Virus record (IMG/VR): IMGVR_UViG_3300008113_011148
Location: 3,755-67,754 of that record
Source of the DNA: a virus
Length of the DNA: 64,000 bases
Direction: 5' to 3' (one strand)
Part shown: positions 20,070-29,722 of the stretch, one piece after another
Layout of the letters: each line of letters begins with the position of its first letter
Numbering within the stretch: the first letter of the stretch is position 1
The notes under the pieces: generated by a model
What the model saw: the letters and a program-made list of their open reading frames with translations, nothing else
What the model was told of the DNA's origin: nothing
Database searches by the model: none
Program-made: the position numbers and the translations under genes

Positions 20070-20441
20070 TTATATTCCTAATACTTTGAGTTTATCCTCT
20101 CTTAATGAGATTTTATTTGGTTTAAAAGTTGTCTTGATATAATCAAACCACTCAGACCAATTATCAAATACTGGTTCTGAATACCATCTATCTAAATCTT
20201 TAGATGAAACAGCATCTTCTTGTAGAGAATAAAGTGACATAATTTTTTCTCTATCTGACTCTTTGAGATTGTTCCACCAATACTTATCAATTTTTGTAAT
20301 CAAAAACTTTTGATAAAATAAAGTTAATCGTTGTTGTTTTTCTCTACGAATCTGTCTTTCTGACCTCTGTGACCAAAATCCGACTTCACCGTCTCTTTGT
20401 TTTTCTTGGTATTTTGCAAATCTTTTATCTTGATATTTCAT
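20070..20441 (-). CDS. Hypothetical protein with C-terminal tag
   Basis: Ends LREDKLKVLGI. Confidence 0.6.
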   Translation of the reverse strand: MKYQDKRFAKYQEKQRDGEVGFWSQRSERQIRREKQQRLTLFYQKFLITKIDKYWWNNLKESDREKIMSLYSLQEDAVSSKDLDRWYSEPVFDNWSEWFDYIKTTFKPNKISLREDKLKVLGI

Positions 20442-20929
20442 ACTATTATATTATCAATTTTCATATTTCTTAAAACAACTTTGATGTTGTTTTTATTTCC
20501 ATCTAAGATTTCATCAACAAATTTATTTGTTCTATGGTGTAATCCCGGTTTATCTGGATCATCTGATATCATGCTCATTGAACCAATGTATTCCTCAAAC
20601 TTCTCAGACATTAATACTATACTCAAATTTTGAGTTGAGTAAAGATACATCAAAATATTTTTTAATTTAAGATTTATATCTTTTGTGTTTGGTCCATTAT
20701 TGTACTTTCTCCACATTTTCCAATATTTATTGAAAAAGTCGGTCATATCATCTGGTGTGTATAACTTACTTTCAACCGTTGGTTCAAATCCAATCCAGTG
20801 ATTATATTTCTCAAGAATATAGTCTGGACTTTGTTTTAAAAGGTCACAACTATCCACATACTTACTGAAATTAACATTGAATTTAGTAAGATTAACAATT
20901 TTATTATATTCTTTATCTAAAGATATCAT
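20438..20929 (-). CDS. Hypothetical protein with C-terminal tag
   Basis: Ends LRNMKIDNIIV; TATATTTG lies 4 nt upstream of the ATG. Confidence 0.6.
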   Translation of the reverse strand: MISLDKEYNKIVNLTKFNVNFSKYVDSCDLLKQSPDYILEKYNHWIGFEPTVESKLYTPDDMTDFFNKYWKMWRKYNNGPNTKDINLKLKNILMYLYSTQNLSIVLMSEKFEEYIGSMSMISDDPDKPGLHHRTNKFVDEILDGNKNNIKVVLRNMKIDNIIV

Positions 20930-20989
20930 TTTACAAATATAAACAAAAAAACTGGTTCTTTATATATAACTTAAAATATATTTTTTAAA

Positions 20990-21934
20990 ATGAAGATTAA
21001 ACATAAAGTAGTCAAAGAATTCCAGTATCTAAGTCCAGATAAAAAAATCTTTATACTTAAAGTTGGAACTTTACTTCAAGAGTATAACTACACAGTAAAA
21101 TCCGAAATTATTCCAATTGATAAAGATATCATCGATAATAATCCGGAATTTTTTGAAGTCGTAGACTGGAAGAGTGAATTATTAACACATATGCGGGCTA
21201 ATAAGTTTCCAACACCTACTCAGTTTCATAAAAAATTAGTTCCTTTTATTGAAGAAATGGTCCTTTCATCTATTCAACAAAACTCAGGACCAGTTTCAAC
21301 TATCGATGAATCTAAAGTAAGAGAAGTTGAATGGAAAGAAATTGACCTTAATAATAGAGAAAAGAGAATCAAAGATAAAGAAGAAGAAATTGATATTCGT
21401 TTAAAAAGAGTTGAGAAAAGAGAAGAGGATCATAAATCAGAGCTGAAATCTTTAGATAAAAAGGAGGATGAGTTAAGGTCAAGATCAAGAGAGCTTACTG
21501 AGAAGCAATTAGGTTTAGAAGATAAACTACAAGACTTAAATGAAAAAGAAAGAAACTTTGATAGGAGTGTTTTAGAATCTGCTAAGGATTTAGATGTTAA
21601 GTATGCCGACTTACAAAATAAAATTGATGACGACTTAAAGAAAGTTACTGATAAAGAAAAAGAATTAGAAAATTTATCTAAGGAATTAAGAAGAAAAGAG
21701 GAAGACCTTCTTCAAAAAGAATCAGATTTGATAGAGTTAGAAAAATTAATTCAAATCAAAATAGAGGAAATTAATTTAGAGGAAGATTCATTAATGAAGC
21801 TAAGTCAAGAAATAAAAGATTGGGAATCACTACATTGGAAGTTTCAAAGAAACACAAAACCACCTTCGGCTATTCCTGATTCTATTTCACAAAGTTTATT
21901 AAGTAAATACCCAGGGCTTATAAATATTAAATAA
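20990..21934 (+). CDS. Long coiled-coil protein
   Basis: About 170 aa K/E-rich heptad region. Confidence 0.65.
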   Translation: MKIKHKVVKEFQYLSPDKKIFILKVGTLLQEYNYTVKSEIIPIDKDIIDNNPEFFEVVDWKSELLTHMRANKFPTPTQFHKKLVPFIEEMVLSSIQQNSGPVSTIDESKVREVEWKEIDLNNREKRIKDKEEEIDIRLKRVEKREEDHKSELKSLDKKEDELRSRSRELTEKQLGLEDKLQDLNEKERNFDRSVLESAKDLDVKYADLQNKIDDDLKKVTDKEKELENLSKELRRKEEDLLQKESDLIELEKLIQIKIEEINLEEDSLMKLSQEIKDWESLHWKFQRNTKPPSAIPDSISQSLLSKYPGLINIK

Positions 21935-21955
21935 AGAGGACTTAAAGTCCTCTTT
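21933..21955. terminator. Bidirectional intrinsic terminator
   Basis: AAAGAGGACTT-A-AAGTCCTCTTT between convergent genes. Confidence 0.8.
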
Positions 21956-21956
21956 T

Positions 21957-22304
21957 TTATGATTTTAATTTTTTGATTTGGTCACGCAATTGAGCTGCTT
22001 TTTCAAACTCTTCTTTTTCAATTGCTTCTTTTAAAGCCGATTCAAGCACTTTAACATCAACTTTTGGTTTTTGATTTTTACTTTCAGAATAAGTTCTGGT
22101 GAATTTATATCTACCATCTGTACTAACCCAAGTTTCTTTTTTAATAATGTGGGTATCAGATTCTGTTTCTTCAATAGTTTTGTTGTAGCGACTATCATTA
22201 TCTTTTGGAAAGTATTCATCGTCGCTTTTAGAAAAGTCACTAAACATATTTTTAGATGTTAGTGAAAATAGATCTGATAGGTCAAATAAATAAATTTTTC
22301 TCAT
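21957..22304 (-). CDS. UvrB/UvrC (UVR) motif protein
   Basis: C-terminal LKEAIEKEEFEKAAQLRDQIKKL. Confidence 0.75.
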   Translation of the reverse strand: MRKIYLFDLSDLFSLTSKNMFSDFSKSDDEYFPKDNDSRYNKTIEETESDTHIIKKETWVSTDGRYKFTRTYSESKNQKPKVDVKVLESALKEAIEKEEFEKAAQLRDQIKKLKS

Positions 22305-22328
22305 AGTTTTAGTTTTTTTTCTTACATA

Positions 22329-22373
22329 TTGTCAAATTATAGACCAAAATATAATTTATGTCATATTGTCATA
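22329..22373 (-). promoter_or_regulatory. Sigma54-like promoter with TGACA direct repeat (copy 1)
   Basis: Minus strand TATGACAATATGACATA-N10-TGGTCTATAATTTGACAA. Same layout as 52092-52136. Confidence 0.55.
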
Positions 22374-22419
22374 TTTACTTACAATTAAAATAAATAGATA
22401 AAAAGTTAATATATAGATT

Positions 22420-23166
22420 ATGACCGAATTAAAAAGACTTTATAACTATTTAAAAAAGAATCCTAAAAAGAAGATTCTTTTCTTAACCACATCGAATAGA
22501 TGGTCTGGTGATAAAGAGCTTCCAAAGTCTTCTATCATTGCTGAAGAAATTATGAAAAAATTGGGAGATGATAGATGTCAAATTATGAATGTCGCAAAAC
22601 TTAAAATATTTGCTTGTGAAGGTAATGTTTCAACTAAAAGAGGAAATACTTGTGGATTAAAAGATGCTATACTTAAAGATAAAGAAAAAAATCCAACAGG
22701 ACATATAAGATGTTGGGCATCGCTTAATAACAAGTCTGATGAAATGTATAAAGTAGCAAATGCTATTTTTGAATCAGACATAGTAATTTTCTTTGGATCA
22801 ATCAGATGGGGTAAGATGAATGCTATTTACACATCACTTATTGAGAGATTAACTTGGCTTGAAAACAGACACACAACACTTGGTGAGAGCAACTTACTTA
22901 AGAATAAAGAAGCTGGAGTAATTGCAGTTGGGCACAACTGGAATGGTTCAGAAGCCGTCAAGTTAGAAAAAGAAGTATTAAGTTTCTTTGGATTTAAAAC
23001 ACCACAACAACTATCATTTAATTGGCAATTCCTTAAAAACGCAAATGACGAATCTAAAGAGGGTTACGTTGAAGAATTCGGGAAGTTTTTAACAGATTTT
23101 AATTTCGTAGAAAACTTACAAGAAGCAATACTCAGATTCAAAGATTGGTATAAAAGCCAAAATTAA
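22420..23166 (+). CDS. Flavodoxin-fold NAD(P)H-dependent FMN reductase / iron-sulfur flavoprotein-like
   Basis: LTTSNRW, CEGNVS...C...C, D.M..V...I.ESDIVIFFGSIRWG, LIERL. Confidence 0.65.
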   Translation: MTELKRLYNYLKKNPKKKILFLTTSNRWSGDKELPKSSIIAEEIMKKLGDDRCQIMNVAKLKIFACEGNVSTKRGNTCGLKDAILKDKEKNPTGHIRCWASLNNKSDEMYKVANAIFESDIVIFFGSIRWGKMNAIYTSLIERLTWLENRHTTLGESNLLKNKEAGVIAVGHNWNGSEAVKLEKEVLSFFGFKTPQQLSFNWQFLKNANDESKEGYVEEFGKFLTDFNFVENLQEAILRFKDWYKSQN

Positions 23167-23189
23167 TATATTAAGGATATCATGATGTT

Positions 23190-23540
23190 TCATGATTGTT
23201 GATTCTGACTGGTTTTTTTTAATTTCTCTTTAAACAACAATAATGAAAAAATTTTGTTTTCCTTAATTAAATCACTTGTTCTTTCTTTACACCATTCTAA
23301 ATCCTTCACTCTTTTTTTTGCGTAAATTACATAATAAGTAGTGTATTTTTTTTTGAAATTTATAACATCCCAGTTTTTTATTAAATAAGATAAAGAAACA
23401 TTAATGTAACTATCACGCGCTGAAAACTTGTTTATATTTTCATATAAATAATTTATTGTTGATTCTATACTATTTGAAGAGTCTGAAAACTTTTCTAAAA
23501 TTTTTTTATCAATAAATGATTCTATTTTTTCAGGTGCCAT
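23190..23540 (-). CDS. Hypothetical protein
   Basis: 116 aa; weakly similar to 23540..23911 (Y.I.AK....DL.W.K). Confidence 0.5.
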   Translation of the reverse strand: MAPEKIESFIDKKILEKFSDSSNSIESTINYLYENINKFSARDSYINVSLSYLIKNWDVINFKKKYTTYYVIYAKKRVKDLEWCKERTSDLIKENKIFSLLLFKEKLKKTSQNQQS

Positions 23541-23911
23541 TACGATGATTTAGATTTAGTTTTTAATTTTTTTTTAAATTCAATTAAATTATGTAGCTCA
23601 ATTAGCGTTTTGTTTTGGAATTTATGACTATTGTCTTTCATCCAAAATAAATCTTCAATTTTTTCTTTAGCAACAATGATGAAATACAGAGCGTAAAGTC
23701 CTCTATGTGTAATATCAAGTTCTTCTAAACAAATATATTTAAAAGGAATATTTGCTAAATAAGTCAAGTCTGTCTTTTCTTTGCTAAGTAATTTTGAAAT
23801 ATTTAATTTTCTAACTTGTAAATCGACCATAATCTTTTCAAGTGAGTCGCCATTAGTAAGTCCTATTTTTACTATATTATTTATATTATTAGAGACCAAG
23901 TCGATATTCAT
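23540..23911 (-). CDS. Hypothetical protein
   Basis: 123 aa; TATCTTTG promoter element just upstream. Confidence 0.55.
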   Translation of the reverse strand: MNIDLVSNNINNIVKIGLTNGDSLEKIMVDLQVRKLNISKLLSKEKTDLTYLANIPFKYICLEELDITHRGLYALYFIIVAKEKIEDLFWMKDNSHKFQNKTLIELHNLIEFKKKLKTKSKSS

Positions 23912-23952
23912 TTTACAAAGATAGTAAAAAGTTTATGATATAGTTTGTTTTA

Positions 23953-24522
23953 TTATGAATTTTTTTTGAATAAATCATAATGATTTATTAATAGATAAAT
24001 TATAGCAAAAATAGAACCGAATATATGAGCCCAATGACCAATATTGTCATTGGTTCCTACAATAACATAATAAAACTCAAGTATTATTAGTGAGATAGAA
24101 ATTATATTTATAAGTTTTAATGATACTAATTTTTTGTATCTTTCACTTCTTAATGAAATAAAAATTGAAGCTGACATTACAGCGAAAACAGCACCAGATG
24201 AACCTATGATGGCACCATCAACACCTAAGCAGTATAATCCAGAACTAAATATACCTGAAAATAAATAAAATGATAGAAATTTTTTTCCTAAAAATTTCTC
24301 TACTTCAGTACCAAAAACTAAAAGGAAAAACATATTAAAAAAAAGATGATCTATGTTTTCGTGAATAAAAAGATGAGATATTAATTGGTATGGTGAAAAG
24401 TAATTAGAGGTAACTGGATAAAGAGCCAATATATTATCAAAGTATAAACCATAGATAGATAAAAAATTTAAAATGCCAAATGCAACAATGTTTATAATCA
24501 ATATTTTACTAACATAACTCAT
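23953..24522 (-). CDS. Rhomboid family intramembrane serine protease
   Basis: H..F.H...HL.FNM, GSSGAVF (catalytic Ser) and HWAHIFG (catalytic His); multiple TM segments. Start taken at MSYVSK. Confidence 0.85.
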   Translation of the reverse strand: MSYVSKILIINIVAFGILNFLSIYGLYFDNILALYPVTSNYFSPYQLISHLFIHENIDHLFFNMFFLLVFGTEVEKFLGKKFLSFYLFSGIFSSGLYCLGVDGAIIGSSGAVFAVMSASIFISLRSERYKKLVSLKLINIISISLIILEFYYVIVGTNDNIGHWAHIFGSIFAIIYLLINHYDLFKKNS

Positions 24523-24682
24523 CTTTGTCACGATTATCCATTACTATTCTTTTACAACCAAGACATACAATGACAGGACCATTTTGTGTCATAATAATTC
24601 TTCTCTCACACTTCATTTGACAATCTTTTTCACCAACTGGTGCAAAATCATCCTCTATTTTGCGAAGCTTTTTATTTTTCAT
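24509..24682 (-). CDS. Small Cys-rich (zinc-ribbon-like) protein, not in ORF track
   Basis: 57 aa MKNKKLRK...CQMKC...CLGC..., filling the gap between neighbours. Confidence 0.55.
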   Translation of the reverse strand: MKNKKLRKIEDDFAPVGEKDCQMKCERRIIMTQNGPVIVCLGCKRIVMDNRDKDELC

Positions 24683-25008
24683 ATAATACCTTTTATAATA
24701 AGTTCTCTTCTTAATGATTTCAATAAACTCAATTCATCTTCAAATTGATTAAAATCATTTGTTAATTTTTTTATTTGTTCATTCAATAGTGACAAAGATA
24801 AGGATTTTTTATTATATTTTATCCAATCCTCTTTGATATAAATAGGCATTTGAGATATATCGAATATTTTTTGTTCCTCTTCTACCAAAAAAGAATATTC
24901 ACCATCTTTTTCTATCAAAATGGTCAAATAATTATCTAAACTGTAATAATTGATTTTAGATGTGGTAGTGATGTGATTCCACGGACTTACATTAATTTCT
25001 CTTTTCAT
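24679..25008 (-). CDS. Hypothetical protein with degenerate C-terminal tag
   Basis: Ends LRRELIIKGII. Confidence 0.55.
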   Translation of the reverse strand: MKREINVSPWNHITTTSKINYYSLDNYLTILIEKDGEYSFLVEEEQKIFDISQMPIYIKEDWIKYNKKSLSLSLLNEQIKKLTNDFNQFEDELSLLKSLRRELIIKGII

Positions 25009-25618
25009 TTGAGTAATTATCTAAAAATAATCTTTCTTCAATAGTTAAAGAAGATATTCCGTATTCGGAAATTTTATCTAAGATTTCATCAATATCAAAT
25101 CTAACAGAATTTTCCGAAACAATATTATCAATTTCTGATAAGTTTAAGTTTTCTTTGACCCTTTGTAAATCATCGTATTTCATGTTGAAATTCTTTTCAA
25201 ATTCTGATTTTGACAATACTAAACCTAGTACATTTACAACATCATTTATTTCTTTGATGAAAGCAGATTCAATAAATTCTGAAATTTTGAATAAAGTTTC
25301 TTTTTCAACTAACTCAGATGTGTGTATACATACACCATTCTGAAATATCGCAACTTCTTTTTTATCTAAAAAATAAGCCACCTCTACAATACCTTTATCA
25401 TCGATTTCAGATAAAAGATGGCAGATTTGATTCACTCTACTTTTGAACTTAACTTTACCATTCAGAAAAGAATTTAATAGTTTTTTATAAACATTATTAA
25501 TATCATTAAGGACTTTTTCCTGAGCTGACTTTTGACTTTTCTCAAACAAGAAATTTGAAACCTTCAAACCAATATAAAGACCAAGTATAAAAAAAAATGA
25601 GGATGCTAGTATTATCAT
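24992..25618 (-). CDS. Membrane-anchored protein with C-terminal DUF6576-like hairpin
   Basis: N-terminal TM helix; ends IDEILDKISEYGISSLTIEERLFLD. Confidence 0.6.
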   Translation of the reverse strand: MIILASSFFFILGLYIGLKVSNFLFEKSQKSAQEKVLNDINNVYKKLLNSFLNGKVKFKSRVNQICHLLSEIDDKGIVEVAYFLDKKEVAIFQNGVCIHTSELVEKETLFKISEFIESAFIKEINDVVNVLGLVLSKSEFEKNFNMKYDDLQRVKENLNLSEIDNIVSENSVRFDIDEILDKISEYGISSLTIEERLFLDNYSNEKRN

Positions 25619-25622
25619 AAAA

Positions 25623-26732
25623 TTATATATTATAAAAATTCTTTCTTATTTTTAGTAAAAGAGTAGTAATAAAGTTGTCTTCAATTTTATCCGGAATTGA
25701 AGAATTTTCAAAAATTTTATCAACTTCTTTAATTTCCTCTTCAACTTGGTCAATTAGAGTCTGTAAATCAACCTCACCTTTACGGATAGCAATAAGTTCT
25801 GAAGCATTTGGACGTCTTACAATAATACCTTTACCCTGACCTATTTCTTTAGCCATTTCCATTAAACGTTTGCAGTGCATCATATTTTTTCCGTCAATTT
25901 TTTGACCGTGTGAAGTGACATCTATCCAACGAGCTTCATTTCTATTTTTTAGCCATTCTTGATAAGAAAGATAGTCTTTACAATGTTGTGAATATCCATC
26001 TTTGTTATAAGAAACATAACCCATAAATGAGCCCTCAAATTCTTTATCTATTGAACTTAATCTAACTTCATTAGAATCCTCAAAGGCTATTCCTTTAAAT
26101 TTAGCACTACTTCCAATGCTTCTATCATAGTAAAGAGCGTATAAATCTTTACAATGTGGAATCTTTGATAGACCACAGAGTTCCTGTCTCATTCCTCTAA
26201 AATTTAACCATTCAACTAACGGAATTGATTTGTTCTTATCATAGATATAACAAAAATCTAAAGGTGTTTTACGAGTTACTTTATCTTTTTCCCAGTTTTG
26301 TTTTTTATCTTGACCTTTTGCTTTTTGAATCTGAGCATGTGCGTAACCAGCAAATGAGTTTTTACATTTTTTTGTTAAAAATTTACTTTTGTTATCCAGT
26401 ATCAAATCAAAAATTGGATTTTTATAAACAACACAATCTTCTGGCATATTAAGTAGTTCCAATAAATTTGGATTAGCAGATGATATCAGACTAAGAAATC
26501 TACCTATTTCATATCCAACTACATCATTCGTATCGTCATTTACCTGTTCAACTATATTACCAGATAAAATATAACTTATTGGTAGTATATAAACATATCT
26601 CCTATCCTCATCAGAAGTTGGTAGATTTGTTCCATAGGCAATTGATCCAGATATGACCTCATAGAGTATCAGATTCCTTTCCTTTAACCATTTATAGTCT
26701 ATTTTTTGATTTTCCATAAATAAAAACACCAT
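25623..26732 (-). CDS. Predicted nucleotidyltransferase (Pol-beta superfamily, phage-type)
   Basis: GSIAYGTNLPTSDEDRR, NPNLLELL, K.MMH..RL, L.IRKG. Confidence 0.8.
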   Translation of the reverse strand: MVFLFMENQKIDYKWLKERNLILYEVISGSIAYGTNLPTSDEDRRYVYILPISYILSGNIVEQVNDDTNDVVGYEIGRFLSLISSANPNLLELLNMPEDCVVYKNPIFDLILDNKSKFLTKKCKNSFAGYAHAQIQKAKGQDKKQNWEKDKVTRKTPLDFCYIYDKNKSIPLVEWLNFRGMRQELCGLSKIPHCKDLYALYYDRSIGSSAKFKGIAFEDSNEVRLSSIDKEFEGSFMGYVSYNKDGYSQHCKDYLSYQEWLKNRNEARWIDVTSHGQKIDGKNMMHCKRLMEMAKEIGQGKGIIVRRPNASELIAIRKGEVDLQTLIDQVEEEIKEVDKIFENSSIPDKIEDNFITTLLLKIRKNFYNI

Positions 26733-26845
26733 AATAAGGATACAAATATATGGAAAATATAAATAATAAAAAAGAAGAAATAGTAAAATTACAAAAATAT
26801 GTATCGGAAGTAATTTATTTAATTATTAAAACTAATATATAACTA

Positions 26846-27553
26846 ATGAAATTAAAAAATATATTATTCGCAGTAATAACTTTACTTTTGGTAAGTTGTA
26901 AAGTTACAAGTCAAACAAATAGAGAACTTTATGAGAAATCTATGATTAATTCTATCAGACCTAATAGTTCTAAAATCTCTTATGATTTAGTACAAATTAA
27001 TGATTCTAATACTAATCTTATTAGAAAGACTATTAATGGAGAAGAATATATTTTAGTATGTACTTGGAAACAAAATGTGAGTTTTTATCAAAAAGATACT
27101 ATTTTTAACACAGGTTCTTATAACATTTGGGTAACAACGGCACCTGAGTTAAAAGAAAGAATTAAATTAGAATCTCCTAAAGATACTAACTTAAGATTAA
27201 TTCAGTTATTGGGATTGCCACCTACTTCTAAGTATTCCTACTTTGTTGAGTTTTGGGTTAGACCGGTAGACCTTTTCAGACCTTGTCCTGATAAAGAAAT
27301 TTGGGATGGTAATTGTGATTTGTGTTTTCCAGAAGGAACTTCTAAAGAACACATTGATTGGATAAATGAAAATCGTATTTCAAGATACTATCAGTGTGAC
27401 CTTTACAATCAGTATCCGTGGGGTCAATTAGGTTATACTTATGATTGGAATCCTAAGAATAAGACACATATAGGTTTAAGTGAGTTTATTATTGATAAGA
27501 ATAAAACTATTTATGTAAATAGAATAGTTACTACTTCTGAGTATTTCAAATAA
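26846..27553 (+). CDS. Lipoprotein of unknown function
   Basis: Lipobox LVSC; RL.QLLGLPP, LFRPCPD, YPWGQLGYTYDW. TAATATATA upstream. Confidence 0.65.
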   Translation: MKLKNILFAVITLLLVSCKVTSQTNRELYEKSMINSIRPNSSKISYDLVQINDSNTNLIRKTINGEEYILVCTWKQNVSFYQKDTIFNTGSYNIWVTTAPELKERIKLESPKDTNLRLIQLLGLPPTSKYSYFVEFWVRPVDLFRPCPDKEIWDGNCDLCFPEGTSKEHIDWINENRISRYYQCDLYNQYPWGQLGYTYDWNPKNKTHIGLSEFIIDKNKTIYVNRIVTTSEYFK

Positions 27554-27607
27554 GTCAAAATTTTTTTTTAAACTAGTTTAAAGACCTAACTCATTTATTT
27601 TATCTAA

Positions 27608-28951
27608 TTATTTAAATTTCTTTTTTAATTCGTTTAAATCTTGAATATACATATCCTTTGGATCTGTTTCTTCCATCTTTTGAATCTCTGTTTTCTTTTC
27701 AACAAAGTCAGCTTTCAATTTATCAAAAACTTCTTTTGTAAGTGAGTAGATTGGCATTCTGAGTAGATAGTCATAAGAGTCATCAATTTTATCGAGTGAC
27801 ATTTCTTCTATACCTTTTATAATTTCAGCTTTAGGAACATTATTGACTTTTAGTTTTTCATCTAAAATTGCTTTAATAAATTTACCTCTATTTGAAAGAA
27901 TTTTTAAATCTCTATTCATTCTTTCAAGTAGATAAGCTTTTCTTTTATGATAATATTCTAATCTAAAATTAACAAAGTATTTAATTATCTCTTGAGTGCA
28001 TTCAAATATTTTTAACTTACCAAATTCATCTAATGTTGAAAATATTTCAGTAGATGATTCTTCTAATTTTAAGAGTTTAACCAATTTTTCATCATCCATT
28101 TTTTCTAAATCAGCTCTTGTAAATTTAATAGTATAATCAATATTATCTTTACAATTGTCATCATAAGAAACAATTAGTTTATCATCAACTAACTTATCTA
28201 AAATATCTTCATACTTTTCATACGTCATCGATGGTGGAAGTTCCGTTATTTTGACAGTAGATGTATTTGCTCTTACAAACTTTCCTCTAATTATCCATCT
28301 TTTTAAATTCTCAGTATCTTGAATGTAATCACCAGTGAATCCATTTAAGGATGGTTTAATCTCACCTGGTTCTTTTCCACTAAGAACTCTAAGACAGGCA
28401 TCGATAATAGTTTTAATGTCTCTATTTAATATGTTAGAAGCAAAACCTACTGCTATTCCAGATGATCCATTTAATAAAACTGTTGGAACAATAGGAAGAA
28501 AATAATGTGGCTCAATTACCTCACCTTCTTCTTCTTTAAAATCTAATAGTTCAAAGTCTTTATAAATAAGTCTGAAATTCTCGGATAGTTTAGTTCCGAT
28601 ATAACGAGGAGCACCTGGTTGTGGTGACCTCAAAGAACCAAATTGTCCTTCTTCTTCTAAAAGAGGAGCATTATTCTTAAATCTTTGAGCCATTGTAATA
28701 ATGGCATTCGAAAGTGAAGCATCTCCGTGATGGTAAAAACAATCAGATGCAACTTTACCACTTAATTGAAATACTTTAAGTGTTTTTTCATTTCCGGTTC
28801 TCCAGATTTGGTTAGCAATATGTATAATCTTTCTTTGAGTTGGTTTGAATCCATCTATTACAGAAGGAATTGCACGACCTTCAATAACATACATTGCAAA
28901 CTCTTTATACTCATCGGATAAGAATTGTGATATACTTTTTTCTGTCATCAT
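27608..28951 (-). CDS. Type II DNA topoisomerase, cleavage subunit (T4 gp52 / GyrA-like)
   Basis: RAIPSVIDGFKPTQRK, YHHGDASL, APRYI (catalytic Tyr), GIAVGF. Confidence 0.92.
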   Translation of the reverse strand: MMTEKSISQFLSDEYKEFAMYVIEGRAIPSVIDGFKPTQRKIIHIANQIWRTGNEKTLKVFQLSGKVASDCFYHHGDASLSNAIITMAQRFKNNAPLLEEEGQFGSLRSPQPGAPRYIGTKLSENFRLIYKDFELLDFKEEEGEVIEPHYFLPIVPTVLLNGSSGIAVGFASNILNRDIKTIIDACLRVLSGKEPGEIKPSLNGFTGDYIQDTENLKRWIIRGKFVRANTSTVKITELPPSMTYEKYEDILDKLVDDKLIVSYDDNCKDNIDYTIKFTRADLEKMDDEKLVKLLKLEESSTEIFSTLDEFGKLKIFECTQEIIKYFVNFRLEYYHKRKAYLLERMNRDLKILSNRGKFIKAILDEKLKVNNVPKAEIIKGIEEMSLDKIDDSYDYLLRMPIYSLTKEVFDKLKADFVEKKTEIQKMEETDPKDMYIQDLNELKKKFK

Positions 28952-28987
28952 AACTCGTATATAGTAAAAACTTATTTTTGTTTTTAT

Positions 28988-29722
28988 CTAATCTAATATA
29001 ACAAGTTTGATATCACCACTTAAATCCTCATATAAAAATGAGCAACTCTCACAGAAATCACCTGTATTATAGTATGTTTTTTCACCTATTTTTTCAATTG
29101 CTGGTGTGTGAATATGACCTATCATAATTGAATCACAATTTACTTCTTCAACTTTTTTTATTGATAGAATCTTAAAATCATTAATAAATGAAATAGCATT
29201 TTTAACTTTCGATTTAAGATATTGTGAAAGTGACCAATATTCCATTCCAAATACTTTTCTAAGTTTATTATAACATTTATTAATTTTAAAACTCATCTCG
29301 TAAGCCCAGTCACCTAAAACATATAAGAAAGGATGTAGTCTAATAAAGCCATCAAATTGGTCACCATGACAAATATAAATCTTTTCTCCTTTAGATGTCT
29401 GATAAAAATACTCATCACAAATAAGAATATCTCCTAAGTTTATATTATCTTCTTTTATCAGACCTCTCAAGAAGTAATCGTGGTTTCCTAAAATATAAGT
29501 AACTTTAGTTTCTTTTCTGGATGCTCTTAGAATCTTTTGTATTACAGTAGAATGGTCAGGTTTCCAATAAAACTTTCTTTTGAGTGATGTTAAATCTATA
29601 AAATCACCAACTATAACCAACTCTTTAAATTCATAGTCTTTTAGAACTTGAAGTAGTTTATCTGCTTGACATTTCGATGTTCCTAAATGAACATCAGATA
29701 TAAATAATGTTCTAACCTTCAT
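28988..29722 (-). CDS. Metallophosphoesterase (UDP-2,3-diacylglucosamine diphosphatase-like)
   Basis: SDVHLG, GDFID, GNHD, HGD, GHIH motifs. Confidence 0.8.
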   Translation of the reverse strand: MKVRTLFISDVHLGTSKCQADKLLQVLKDYEFKELVIVGDFIDLTSLKRKFYWKPDHSTVIQKILRASRKETKVTYILGNHDYFLRGLIKEDNINLGDILICDEYFYQTSKGEKIYICHGDQFDGFIRLHPFLYVLGDWAYEMSFKINKCYNKLRKVFGMEYWSLSQYLKSKVKNAISFINDFKILSIKKVEEVNCDSIMIGHIHTPAIEKIGEKTYYNTGDFCESCSFLYEDLSGDIKLVILD

